From contig OX638150.1 in assembly GCA_951804945.1 (NCBI GenBank), forward strand, positions 44,640,001 through 44,704,000: 64,000 nucleotides of DNA. The letters are read 5' to 3'. Numbering within the stretch: position 1 is the first letter of the stretch; each line of letters starts with the position of its first letter. Below, in pieces: positions 36,128 through 49,327 of the stretch. The notes under the pieces are model-generated. The model made no database searches. It was not told where the DNA came from and was given only the letters and a program-made list of their open reading frames with translations. The position numbers and the translations under genes are program-made. Source of the DNA: Podarcis cretensis (Eukaryota).

Positions 36128-37425
36128 TACCATCCAGTGGTACAGTTAAGTAATTTTAGATTCTGAACTTAGTGGTCTTATGCAGGCTCCACTCTTTAGA
36201 TGGTAAAGCACATTACTTACCTATTTTTAAATGTGGCCAGCCAGCTGTACTACATTTGGGTGGATTCCTGCCCCAAAATCCTCCTGGGGCAGCACCACTA
36301 CACTAATGAAAAGTATCAAGTACTGGTGAAGACCTCTGCCCAAATCTCTTAGGAACCACCATCAGTCAGACAGTACTGAACAACACATGCTACTAGCCTG
36401 ACTGTATAAGGCAGCTTCATATGTAAAGATGGTTGACTGTGGAGTGAGCAACAGCACCCTGAGTTCCATTTGGCCTGATACACAAACTAGCATCAATCAA
36501 AGGGATGTCTAATGCACATCTGAAGACTGGCTGGAGTTGAAACAAAGTTGTTCTGCTGGCAACTGGGTATAGGGCCTCAAGCAACTGAAAAGAGGTAAGT
36601 GATCAAAGTTCTGGCTGGGGCAATATAACCAGGCCAGAACAACATCTAGCAGAAATGATACTTTCAAATAAATTTTCACAGTGAACAAAAATATACTGTA
36701 TGGGTTATCTATCATTGGCTTTTGAAAAGAACAAGCAGCAACCCCTAGAAATAAAGATGAATATATCAAGCAACTGTTGTAACTGCAATGAATGTGTTTT
36801 CATACCCCTGCTATTATTAGCTCATTCTTTAACCACATATTTTCCAGAATAGTGAATGAACAGTCTATGAATCTTGCCCTCTGGAAATGTTCCCTAGCAA
36901 AGTGCAATTGCACCTTCACCAGATGCATAAAGTTATCCTAAGCTAAAAAATATGTTTATATCCTGTACTTACTGTGAAGAGTTCAAGGAGTGTACATAGT
37001 TTGCCTTTCCCCCATTTTATCCTTGTAGCCCGTTAAGCTGAAAGAAAGTGATTGGCCCATGGTCATCCAATGAGCTTCATGGTCAAATGGGGATTTGAAT
37101 GTTCATCTTCCAAGCCCCAGGTCCAGCACTCTCAACCACTACATCCCATTGGATTCCACATGTGATAGGAGAGGGAGAACTATTAGCAGTGTAGTTAGTC
37201 TAGTTTGTGCCTTTTAGAATTTCCTCCTATGTTAAAACTTAAATACATAAAAATAATTAGTGAATATTCACAAAGCAGTGATGAGTCACTAATGATTTTA
37301 CATATATTAACAAATTTTTTAATGTCTCTTGCATTTTATATCCTCCTAACCCCACTACCAATGTCTGTAAATAAAATAAATAAAATTTAAAAGATGAGAT
37401 AACACTTCTTGCATATGATCAAGTA

Positions 37426-37684
37426 CCGTATTTTTTGCTCTATAAGACTCACTTTTTCCTTCCTAAAAAGTAAGGGGAAATGTGTGTGCGTCTTATGGAG
37501 CGAATGCAGGCTGCGCAGCTATCCCAGAAGCCAGAACAGCAAGAGGGATTGCTGCTTTCACTGCACAGTGATCCCTCTTGCTGTTCTGGCTTCTGAGATT
37601 CAAAATATTTTTTTTCTTGTTTTCCTCCTCCAAAAACTAGGTGCGTCTTGTGGTCTGGTGCGTCTTATAGAGCGAAAAATACGG
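37426..37684. mobile_element. Tc2/pogo-like MITE, near-identical to 30527-30785
   Basis: CCGTATTTTTTGCTCTATAAGAC...GTCTTATAGAGCGAAAAATACGG, TA TSD. Confidence 0.85.
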
Positions 37685-37686
37685 TA

Positions 37687-37790
37687 CTTTAGTCCACAAA
37701 TGCACAGACCGCTAATATATTTAAGTCTTCAAGGTGCCACATATTTACTGTTTTTGCTGCAACAGAGTAGCATGATTACCTCTGAAAGGT
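37687..37790 (+). mobile_element. Decayed Penelope-like element terminal fragment
   Basis: TAGTCCACAAA...AAGTCTTCAAGGTGCCAC...TTTTGCTGCAACAGA...TACCTCTGAA resembles recalled squamate Penelope termini. Confidence 0.45.
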
Positions 37791-38052
37791 ACTTACCCAG
37801 CCATAGGCAACTCCCCATTTGCACAGGGGTTGCGTTCTTGGCATTTGCACTCTTCAGAGAAGTGCGCATAAGCCCACCCTGTCCCCATTCCACCCTCCAC
37901 TGGGTCCAAAACAACCCATCTGCTGGCCGTCACTTTTCAATTGACTACACGCAAAATGGTCACTACCTGTATAAGTAAAAATACCTTTTATCATAAAAAA
38001 GAAATAGAAAGGAAATAAGACAAAGCTAGCGAATCAATATTCACAACAGAAT

Positions 38053-38058
38053 TTTATT
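38053..38058 (-). terminator. Putative TRIR polyadenylation signal AATAAA
   Basis: AATAAA on minus with a U-rich downstream tract (37995-38025); implies a ~2.1 kb 3' UTR. Confidence 0.5.
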
Positions 38059-40177
38059 TTAAAAAGCTAGTAGTAAGAATGATTATCAGTGCTCTAAGCC
38101 AGGTTGTGGAGGTCAAAAGCAATAAAGGAGTCTGATCTAGTGTAGAGCAAGGAAGCAAACTGCCACCACTTTATAACAGATGTGTAACCAGATACCAGTG
38201 AAATATTGAACCCTTCCAAGTTGCTTCAGGCTTTAAACAGTAAAGTCTCATATATGACCACCCCGAGCTCCTTTCAGACACTACCTCAAACTGAATACAG
38301 CAGGTGGTGATGTCTTCCAGCCCTTTCCCCAATCTCTACCTATTCAGGTCTGAAATAGTGTTTGACGTGCATACGGTCATATGTATGAGATTCTGCCACA
38401 TGATTAGGTTTCCTAATCACACTGAAGAGCCTACACACATATAGATGTACACACCCCTCTAGATCTTCTGCTGAATAAAGGTCTGAACAGGACTCAAGTT
38501 GGCTGAGATTCCAGCAAGTGTACATAACTAATTAAACAAGAGTGTTGGGTTGAACCCAACAGAATCATTGTATTAGCAGAATGACTTCTGCTCACACCAT
38601 GGAACTTCCACTCCCTTTCCTGCCTCTACCTCCCTCCCAAAATCTGCTTTGAGATTTCCCCCAAACATCCAAAGCAGATTTGGGGGTTGCAGACAGGATT
38701 CAATCCAGTATTTCCTCCACTTCCCATGTCCTACACAACCGTCAGAGTGTTCTGATTGGTAGAAAGCAGTGACCTTTTCCACAGAGAGGGCATTTATATA
38801 TAAAACATTTGGCCTAAAGGCTGTTCAATAACATAACACACACCCTTTAGGCCTCTCCTAGATAAGAATATAAAACTTCAGCTGGTTTTCCTTCAACTTA
38901 AAAATCTTCTGCAAGTATGTTTTGCATTGAGCAGAAGTTGGGTATTTCATATCTCCTCTCTGACACAAAGCGCCTGTTCCATGAAAAGGAAATGGCACAA
39001 ATAGAGTAAGATTCAAACATAAGCCCAACTGCACCCTCAACACAAAAATTGGGGGCTATAAATTATCCTAGAAAAGGTCTTGTTTGTATTCTCATTTCTT
39101 GATATTCCAACTGCTAAGAATGTACCCAAGGCCTTTCTATGAAGTTGTCATCCCCAGTTACTCTCAGTGACAGAACTCACATCACTGCAGAAACTATCTG
39201 AGTTTCAGCTTTAGTACACTACTTCACTGAAAGTATAAGGAGTCTAAATGGAGAATAAAAAAAGAGAAACATAGGCTCCCATGCACACAGCAAACAACTG
39301 CTAGACAAACAGCCTTTCTCAAAGAACTCTGGCCACAAAGCCCAGGACTGGAACAGAGGGGCTAGTCAAAGGCTAGAATCATGATATCTGGAAATTCCAT
39401 TTGTCCCAGAGAACGTTTGTTGTAATTTTAGCCAATTTTTCTCCTAATATTGGGTTTAAGTGCAGACCAAGTTTCTACCTTCTTAGCTAGCAGATAGGCA
39501 CAACATAATCCGCAGTGCTAAATTGGAGCATGCATAGCAGAAGGCAAGGAATGAGCTTAATCAGCAGCAACTGGAATTCAGAATAAAACCACATAACGCA
39601 CTGTATTGTACAGTGAAATGGTGAGGAAAAAACAGAAGCAGAAATGCGCCCACAGAATTGTCAGATACTAAGCATACCAAGGAACTCAGCACTGGTCACC
39701 TTTTCATCAAAGTGTTCTGGAATTACTGTTGTCTGCAATGCGGATTTGGAAATTGTGACCACATGTTAAGTTCATCTTCAACAGAAACAGATAACGCATT
39801 TGGCAAAATGGATCCATTTAGCTTATCCCATTGTGGAAACTTGAGGAGTACTGGAAGTGTTAAGCAAAGGTTTAATGCTAAAGATTTGGTGGGCATGGTA
39901 TGTTGCCTGGTGATTCAGGGAAAGACATATCAGACCAATTCCACTATTTTGGGGATTACAAATTAAAAAATCCTGCAACTAAGTCAAAGTTCTTAGTTCT
40001 CAGAAGAAAGAAGATAACAATAAATGAACCAATGAAGGAGGCTCTAAATTCCCAGATATAAAAGCATGGCAAGTCACCTGCTGCCGTGGCAGCATTCAGT
40101 CTGTGGGGCAGAGCTACTCTCCTTTGACGTTTTAAATAATTATGTACATCAGAGAAAGTCCAAGCTGGAGATGAGAG

Positions 40178-43100
40178 TTATTTCACCAAAGGTCGGGTTT
40201 TATCATCATCACTGCACTGGTGGGCTTTGTATTTTTTCACTTCAGCCATATATTTGGCCCATGCATCACCTTTACTTGTCAAAACCTACAAACAAAACAG
40301 GAGAGGCAAAAATGAAATGTTACATATATCAAATTATTTTATTCAGAAGCATACCATATACAGAAAACATTAACTCTCAAAAAACAATGGCATAAACCTA
40401 ACCATCTAACTAGGAGTCTGTGGGTTGTATTGTACTAGGGAGCCCCAGGTTCAAATTCTTGCTCAGCTATAAACCTCACAGTATGACACGGGGGTAGTCA
40501 ACATCTCTTTAGTCTAAGCTATCACATAATATTGTGAAGACAAAAGGAAGATAACCCCAGGTACTGGATCTGCCATTATCTCATTGGAATTAAATAGGCA
40601 ATGCTGGTGTAACAGACATTCCCATCTTCTCCTTTCCAGCCCTCACAAGGACCCTCTGCAGCAGATTTTGAAGGTGCATGCGAGAAGGATGGAAGTCCTA
40701 TTATGCAAGAGGAACTCTGTACATGCATTTGAAACAACCCTGTTTACAGAAATGAAATAGACAGGGAAGCTTAACACTTAACTAGGAAATAACAGTTCTT
40801 CATTTCACTTGACAAGCACCTTTCCTACTAAGGAAGAACACAAGCTTCCAGCTTCATTGCTGTTATCACAACTGAAGCAGGAACAAGAAATAAAGTACTC
40901 TTCTGCTGCTCCTGTAGACCTATATAGCAGTTTTTCATTGAAGGGCTGACACTGCCGTTATTGCAAAGTTCATATTCTTTCTGTGTGTTGTCTCTTTCTC
41001 TCTCCCTCCCCTCACATACACAAATTAAAGCAACCTGCCCCTGAGATTCTAGCAGAGGCCCCAAAAATCATTGTTCAGTTCTCCTACAAATTTTCTCACA
41101 CTCCAAAGATGGCCATTTCCCTAAAGATGGAAGGTCAACATCAGTGCCAAACTTAGATAGCATGAGGGAGAAGAATATTAGCTTCAACTTCCATTCCTGC
41201 TGAAATGGAAGCAAAAGCATTGCTGCCCCATGGGCTGTCAAACTGACATAAATGAGGTTCATGCTAACTTACCTCATCCTCTGTCTTTTGTTTCTTGGCT
41301 ACCACTCCTGTCTTCAGGGCTAGCTTGCTGCCCCCTCTCCGCTTGCCCACCTGGGTGAAGGGACAGAAGACTGCAACCGTTATACGAGCCTGGGAGCTGC
41401 AAGGGGAATGTTGCCCACTATATAACGGTATAGGGAGTCCTTCAATTAGATCATCTTAGCTCGCCATCACACCTGTCAGTCAGTACAGAGCTGTCGAGCG
41501 TTACCTACACCGTTGTGCTAGGAGGGTAAAAGGGCACCTTAGCAGTGTTCACCAATACATCTGTACAGATTAGCCCAAACATTAAAAGACACGTTTTATA
41601 AAAAAGTGAAGTATTCTGAATGCTTTCCAGGCTCAATGTCCATTAGAAAATAGGATCTTCCACTCACATTCCCCTAAAACATCACAACATACATGAAACT
41701 GTTTGATTTCCTAATAATTACAAGGACAATCAAGTTGGCAGAGTCAGTCTTATTCCTGTCTAGGGAGGGGCTGTGTGCTACTGTCATTCTATAAATCTGT
41801 ATAATCTCCATAAAACAAAAAATGGATTTCTAAGAGCAGCTCGAGGCTTAAAATATGAAATGTCAGCTTTAATTTTGAAAAAAACAAGCTTGAAAACAGA
41901 TGGGGTCCTTCTGCTAAAAACTAAGGAAGGAGAGCAGGGTTTCAATGTCCACTATCAGCACCCTGCTCACATCATGAAATTCCTGCAGTACATGCCCCTT
42001 ATGCTCTTCCTAGTCATAGCGCCAGTAATGCCATATGCCCAAACGTATGCTCCATCTCCAAGAATCCTCTATCTAGAGACTCCAGGTTTCATAAGACTGA
42101 AAGTGAAAAAATACTAATTTTCTTACTCGTAGGCTGCAACTCCATACACAATACCCTGGTATTAATTCCCACTGAACTCAACAGCTTATTTTTTAGTAAA
42201 CACAGAGCACCTTGTTGTTATTCTATTCTGAGTAGCCTCCCCTTTTCTATAACAGGCTATGTTATTAATGCTGAACCAATAGAGAATACATTGCATTCTT
42301 CTCTATCCAGCTGCGAACCAAATAGCAGCTTACTTCAGAATTATCACACCAATACGGATGTTGAACGGATTCCATTCTGTTGTAAGCATGATACTATCTA
42401 TGCAGAAAAACTTCCATATGCTAGACAAAAGCCCCATTTACTTGCAACAGCTGTTTAAAGCAGGGGAAACTCCTAGTTTGCTTTAAGAAAAAGGGCCTAG
42501 TTTATCTTAATACACATCAGTTCCTTTGTTTTCATATAATGCCTGTATCAGTCTCTATCAGATGGTTCTCCAAAACACAGCTAAATCAAAGCATTATGTT
42601 GTGGTATTTTACTTGCAGTTCACAGGATGGCCTTCTAGATCTACTACTTCCAATTTGAATCTATATTACACACATCAGGATTGACACTTTTAGTTTCTCA
42701 GAAGGAGGCAGAAAAGAGAATGTTTATCCAATTATTTATTTTTCACCTTGCACTTTTACCTGTCCCAAGTTAAGATTCAGTAGGTTTTTAAAAAAAAAAA
42801 TGTCATAATTTTGTTGGATTATTTTGGCTGTGGCTACTGAATGGCTTTGATTTTTAGAAATGCACAGAAGCAGGTAGTTCTGTCATGGGGCAGGATTATT
42901 AAGAACCCCAAAAGGCAAGCTTGGAACTTGAAGTTCACCCACTTGGAAATAAGGCACACTGAAATTAATGAGTTTTTGAGCAAATATGTTTATGGTTAGA
43001 GAATAAAAAGGATTTTGATGTTTACTTTATAGACTGAGATTAGGACTAGTTAAGTAAAAATAGCCTCCCAACATTTATTGGGGACAGCACTTACAGAAGT

Positions 43101-43918
43101 ATTCCAGAACTGCCTACTTTCAAGTCCACAATCAATATGAACAAACCCCAGTAAAACATTAACTTGCACAGCAATGAGAGATGTCGACTATAGTATGCAA
43201 CCACTGTCAACAGACATTTTAAAAAATTGCTTGCTGCATACACCTATGCTATATATTACCGGGGCGAGGGATATCAGCACTAAATATTCATGCCCATCGG
43301 ACTTAAATTCATAACGTGAATTAAAGTGAGCTTTGAAAACCTTTGTCGAGAGCTCGGAGGAGGAAGAGAATTTAACAGTGCTCCTGGTAACATTATTCCG
43401 CTACCGTGACAGAAATACTGGGGGGAGGGGAAGAGAGAACCTTTTACAGGGGTGAGGAAGTGCTTCACCCGTTGAACTTCTGCCTGCCAAGCACCTATTA
43501 AGGGCACACGCGACCATGTCAGGAAAGGAGATGAAAACGAGCAGGCAGAAGGCGCCAGCCAGCGCCTCGGTCCTTTGGGGTCTGGGGAGGGCGGAGGCAG
43601 AAAGCGAAGAGGAGTAAGCCAAGGGAAAGGGGAGGAGGGGGTGTCAGGGCCCGGATCCCTTACGAAGCTGAGGGCGCTCCCGCTCCGCTTCTTTTCCGGC
43701 GGCTCCTGTTCCCCGGGCGGCTCCGGCCGAGACTCGGTCTCTCTCTGCTTTTCGGCCCCTGCTTTCCCCGCTCCCGGTCCGCTCCTCCCTCCCGCGGCGG
43801 CGGCCTCTTCCATGCGCCGCTTAAAGAGCTCTAGGAAGGAGCCGTCGTTGGCGAACACGTTCACTCCGCCCGGCCCGGCCGCCTCGGAGCCTGGGCCCCT
43901 GCCTTGCGCCGCCGCCAT
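40178..43918 (-). CDS. TRIR: Telomerase RNA component-interacting RNase (C19orf43), 146 aa, 3 exons
   Basis: Exons 43918-43664, 41350-41273, 40285-40178. MAAAQG...GVNVFANDGSFLELFKRRME...SALSF|VGKRRGGSKLALKTGVVAKKQKTEDE|VLTSKGDAWAKYMAEVKKYKAHQCSDDDKTRPLVK* matches recalled TRIR; head-to-head with GET3 as in human. Confidence 0.95.
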
Positions 43919-44531
43919 CTTGCGCCGCCCTCCCTGCCTTGAGCGTACGCGCCCTGGAGCACGGTGGGGAGCGGTGACGACGCCGGCGCCGCAAAGCACG
44001 ACGGGAGAGGGGACGTTGCTAGGCTGCCCACGCACGTCAAAAAAAAGGAGAAGTATCGCCGACCGACAGGGCGCGTCCGCCCTGCGGGATACTGACAGGC
44101 CTTCTGAGCCAATCAAAAAAGGCAACGGGCCGCAGCCCGCGGGGAAATCGATGATGGAGTGAGCATTTTACCAATCAGAAACAGCGGAAGGCGGGCGTTT
44201 GGGGTGGGTGGGAGCTCCTTCAGAAAGGGGTTCAGGAGCCAATCAAGAAAGGAAGCTGTCGGCCAATAGGCTGAGATAAGACAAGTGTGGGCAAGACCAT
44301 ATCAGCCAACTAGGAAGGGGTGCGATTACTGTGTTACTCAACCTTTTTGTGACGCACCGGTTTGAGCACCTTGTGTGATTGAAGGATCTGAAGAGCAGAC
44401 CGAGGTCGGGAAGAGTACTTGCGCGCCTTGCTTCCTGTTAATGAGCGAAGGCGCTGAGCGGGGACAACCAACCTGAATCTCCCTACAAGATGGTGTAGCT
44501 CTGCATCTTGTCACGTGATTTTGGTTTCAAG
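43919..44531. promoter_or_regulatory. Bidirectional TRIR/GET3 CpG-island promoter
   Basis: 613 bp between divergent ATGs; four CCAAT boxes (~44109, 44171, 44239, 44263); E-box GTCACGTGA 44510; YY1 motif AAGATGGCGGC over both start codons. Confidence 0.85.
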
Positions 44532-47500
44532 ATGGCGGCGGCGGCATCTGGGTTGGCGACTGAGGCGGATGAGTTCGAGGACGCACCTGACGTGGAGCCG
44601 CTGGAGCCGACACTGAGCAACATCATCGAGCAGCGGAGCCTGAAATGGATTTTCGTCGGAGGGAAGGGTGGCGTTGGCAAGACCACCTGCAGGTGAGTTG
44701 GTCGGGGAGATGTCGTTGGGAGGGATGACAGACATTGCTGCCTCCGCCTTTCTCTCTCCTTGGCAGCTGCTGCTGTGCCTTTTCAGGAGCTGTGTGACAG
44801 GCAGAAACCCAGCAAGCGCAGCTTTCATATCGCCGAACCTTTGCTGGCAAAAGCTCTACCTGTTGAACGTCCGCATCTCATTAAGCTATGGAGAATAGTG
44901 TCTTATTAGGCAAGCGAATTGTATACACCTTCATGCCACTGTACGTAAATATCATGGGATTTGGGGCACCCTGCTTCAGATGCAAGACTGGATGAAACTA
45001 AGTAGAAGCATAGGGGTTGGGTGCCTTCCTTTTTCAGATTCATATTTTGACAGTCATTTATGCCTTCTTAATCTCAAGGCTAAGTATTTGAAGCTGCTTT
45101 TATGTGTGATTGTCCTTGATGACCGAAAGCTTCATTTAGAGCTGAATGCATTTTCAGACAAATTCTGAAGAATGTAATTGTTCTGGTACTTGGACTGAGA
45201 ACCCTCACTGCCTTCCAGTCATAGCTTTATCTTGTAAACCCCCAAATGGCTTGGATTAACTTAATTTGTAGCTTGCCTACTTCCTTGTGCAACTCTGCCA
45301 ACAATACCTTCTTGATTATATTAGCCTTGATGTTGTGGAATAACCTTGCAGTGGTAGGTTTCCCATTGTGCAATGCCTTTTCTTCATAAAGATTTTTAAA
45401 ATTGTAGATCAGAACATAGAACACAAGTATTAGAGGCTATTAAATTTTGGCTGGTGTGTGTGTGTGTGTTGGATTTTGATGTCTAGGGTTAAACCTTTTA
45501 AAGTGGGCTTTCGATATATTCTAGATTTACTTTGTGGTGACTCATAAGAAACTCATTAATATATTATTTGGCCTCGTTTTTTGCGGGGGGGTGGTGGTGG
45601 AGGTAACCTGTCTTGAAAGAGAGGGGTATCACAGGTTAAATAGCTGAAGCTGTCATTTACTCAGGAGTGAGCTGTTTTGCTAAGCTAATGTGCATATGAT
45701 TTGGCTGCTTCTGAGTAGCTGCTTGTCTGTGACAAGTAAGCACCTCCATAGAGGAGCAAAGTTGGAAGTCTTTGGATCATAATCTCTTAGGGTAGACAAA
45801 TCCAAACAGACCTATTAAGACTGTGATAGCTGAAGAGCTTATGTTCTATGTTTGTATGTATTTCCTTTTGTGATGTTAATAACTGCACATTGCTTTACTT
45901 CCTGAATCTAGCTGCAGCCTGGCTGTGCAGCTGTCCAAAGTGCGGGAGAGTGTCCTCATCATCTCCACCGATCCTGCTCATAACATATCAGATGCTTTCG
46001 ACCAGAAATTTTCAAAAGTCCCCACCAAAGTAAAGGGCTATGATAACCTTTTTGCCATGGTGAGTGTTCCTCTGAAGGGACTGGGTAGTATTGAGCAAAA
46101 AATATGGTTCTTATTACATATAGGAAAAGATCAGGCAGGGGTGAAAACATTCTTTTTTCTGACCTTGCTCTTTCACACTGAATAGATTATGATATGTAGC
46201 AATAAGGCAAGTAAACCAACTGAATTTTTCCTCCAAAATTTCTGTGTCCTGGACTGTGAGGAGATGATGGTATATTTTGTTTAACTGGTTTCTCTTCACT
46301 GTATTTTAAGAGATGTGACTAATGTAGTGGTTTGTAACCTCGAGAATTTATCTGTAACTTAGACTTGCATTCTATAAAATTATGAATGAAATAAATTCCA
46401 TCAGCAGCAATATACATAAACAGCTAGTGTTTCATGGGCAAGTATCAAACTTACAGCAGCCTTTAGTAGAAACAGTTGAAAAAATATTTTCTATCAAATA
46501 ACTTGCTATCAGCATAACATGTGACAATACATTGACACATACAAATAAATGCTCCCAAAATAAGACCCTCTGCATATGACATTTTGTATCTCTGTAAGTT
46601 GCAGGTTAGCACTAAGTCTGTATGGGAAGTAATGTCCACAGGAATTCACACTGGGCTATGAGAACACCCTAATTATTTGTTTCTTTTCAAACCAACATTT
46701 ATCATAATCTTCAGGGAAGACAAATGTCAGGGAAATCTCCCCCACTTTTTTTCTTTAAAGGATTTTATATGCAATTACTATGCAGTTGTACCTCTGGTTG
46801 TGAAAGGGATCCGTTCCGGAGGCCCATTCACAACATGAAAAGAATGCAACCCGCAGCGGCGCGTCTGTGCGTGCGCGGGTTGCAATTCGCCGCTTCTGCG
46901 CATGCATGTGACGTCATTTTGCGTGTCTGCTCATGCGCGAGCGGCAAAACCCGGAAGTAAACCTTTTTGGTACTTCTGCGTTGCCGCGTGACGTAACCCG
47001 AAAGAACATAACATGAAGCGGAAGTAACATGAGGTATGACTATATTGTATCACTTGGCCAACAATTTTTCTTTTCAATTTCCCTGTCTCAAACTCAACAA
47101 CATGGTTGTCAACTGACACCAGTATTTCATTAACTATTCCTTTTTAAAAAAGTTTTTATTTAAATCAAGTTTATAATTCAATAATATACAGAAATAAAAA
47201 CATAATGAAAAAGCAGTAGAGTTAAATTAAACTTCAGTGTAAATACACAAATAACAACAACAACAATTTGAGTCATTTCAGTCACAATCGGTGAAGAAAA
47301 CATTAAAAAAAAATATTTTTATTAAACAATTTCAACAAAACAAATTATCAACCAAATGATCAACTATATTCTCCCCCCCCCTTTTTATTCCCCCATCCCT
47401 CCCTCTCCCCCCCCAGACTTCCCTCAGCTCCCCTCTCTGGTTTGTTTGCACATTCCTCTTCTCTGCATGTTAAAAATTGTACATATCATTACCTTGTCTA

Positions 47501-49286
47501 TCGTATATTCTAATCTATTAATAAATTTGTGGGTGTTTATTCAAACCCTGCCAAGGAGTCTAAATCATTTTGTTGTTTATTTAAATAGTTTGTTAAAAGT
47601 TCCCAATCTTCTTTGAAGTCACGATTGTCCTTCTCATGTAGTTTGTGTCAACTTTGCCAACTCTGCATAGCTCATCAATTTTTCTTGCCATTGTTCTTTC
47701 GTTGGGATTTCCTCCTTCTTCCATCCTTGTGCTAACAAGATTCTTGCCGCTGCTGTAACATACATGAATAAGTTCTTTGTTTTTCTTGGCAGGTCTCGTC
47801 CTAGAATGCTTCTGGTTTCTTTACAAATGTGATTTTAAACATTTTTTTCAATTCATTATATATCATTTCCCTTTTTTTTTAACTTCTCTACATTCCCACC
47901 ACATATGATACGTAGTACCTTCTTTTTCTTTATATTTCCAATATCTATTTGACCGGGTTTTGTACATTTTTGCTATTTGTACTGGTGTGATATACCATCT
48001 ATACACCATTTTCATGTCATTTTCTTTCAAAAGAGAACAATCTGTAAATTTCAAATTCACTTTCCACAGTTTTTCCCAATCCTCAAATTGTATATTATGT
48101 CCTGGTAGAGAAAACATTAGAGTGGGATTCACCTAAGAAACCCCATCAGCAGAAGCTTTGCAAAAGGGCTTCTGTTTGTGCAACAGGGTTTCCTTCTTCC
48201 CCTTGAAACTGGCTGGGGGAAGGGGTCAAACAAACCCCCCAAATAGTACACCAGGGAAGAGGAGGGGGATAGTTCATTCTGGCATGCTGATGTGCTTGCA
48301 CAGATAGAAAATTTGTAATAATGTATTGAATGCCACCCATTATTATTTGTGTGGGAGGGCCGTAACAGTTTTAAAGAAGATTTGCTTTCTTTAGCATCTG
48401 TTTCTGCTACTGTGCTTTCTTTCAGAGTAATCGCACTTCCCATATGGGCATCATCTTCTCTGTTTTGATAAAGGCATACCTTAAATTTTCCAATGTTGAC
48501 AACACATAGTGCCGATTGTATGCCTTTTACTGGATTTACACTTTCTTTTTCCTCCATGTTATCCACAGTGACAAGCATAAAAATAGCCTCAAATTACAAA
48601 GAAATCAGTTATTTGTAGTGTTACTTTTAACTGTGAGTCGACATGATTAACATTAGTTTGAAAGCCTCTTTGACTGGACATTGAAAGAATTGTTCTACAA
48701 ATCGGGGGTTTTAGCTCTGTTCTGAACATCATGCTTCTTTTAGAATGGCTGAATGACTTTGTTTTTGCTTTATGAAAAGTGGTGCTGATCCTTCTATTTA
48801 TTTCTCAGGAGATTGATCCCAGCCTAGGTGTGGCTGAACTTCCAGATGAGTTCTTTGAGGAGGATAACATGCTGAGTATGGGCAAGAAGATGATGCAAGA
48901 GGCTATGAGTGCCTTTCCTGGCATTGATGAGGCCATGAGCTATGCAGAAGTTATGCGGTAAGAACTGTGGCCTGGATCATCAAGCCTTCTAACCTTTTCT
49001 AGCCTGTGGGAGGCTTATTTATTTATTTATTATTTCATAAAATTTATACACCGCTTGATTGTGGGTTAAAAAACAAACAAACCTCAAAGCGGTTTTTGGG
49101 TTAAGAAGCAGAAGGACCAGACTTCAAAGGTATTTTACTGGGTTCACCATTATGAAGTTTGGGTTAGCCAGAGGTATCCCAATCCTAATGGTTTAGCCAT
49201 TAGGATAGGCCAGCATAGTAACTGAGTATGCTTTGCACAAGGTTATTGTAGTATTTGTGGTTTGTATCCAACTAAGTAGGCTCCTT

Positions 49287-49327
<41 letters not shown>

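Noticed and set aside
37409-37978. 189-aa ORF similar to ORF 30585-30788
   Set aside because: The similarity comes from the shared MITE; not a gene duplication
43280-44125. 281-aa minus-strand ORF
   Set aside because: It is TRIR exon 1 plus open promoter and intron sequence; the start is TTG, while the real ATG (43918) and donor (43664) are clear
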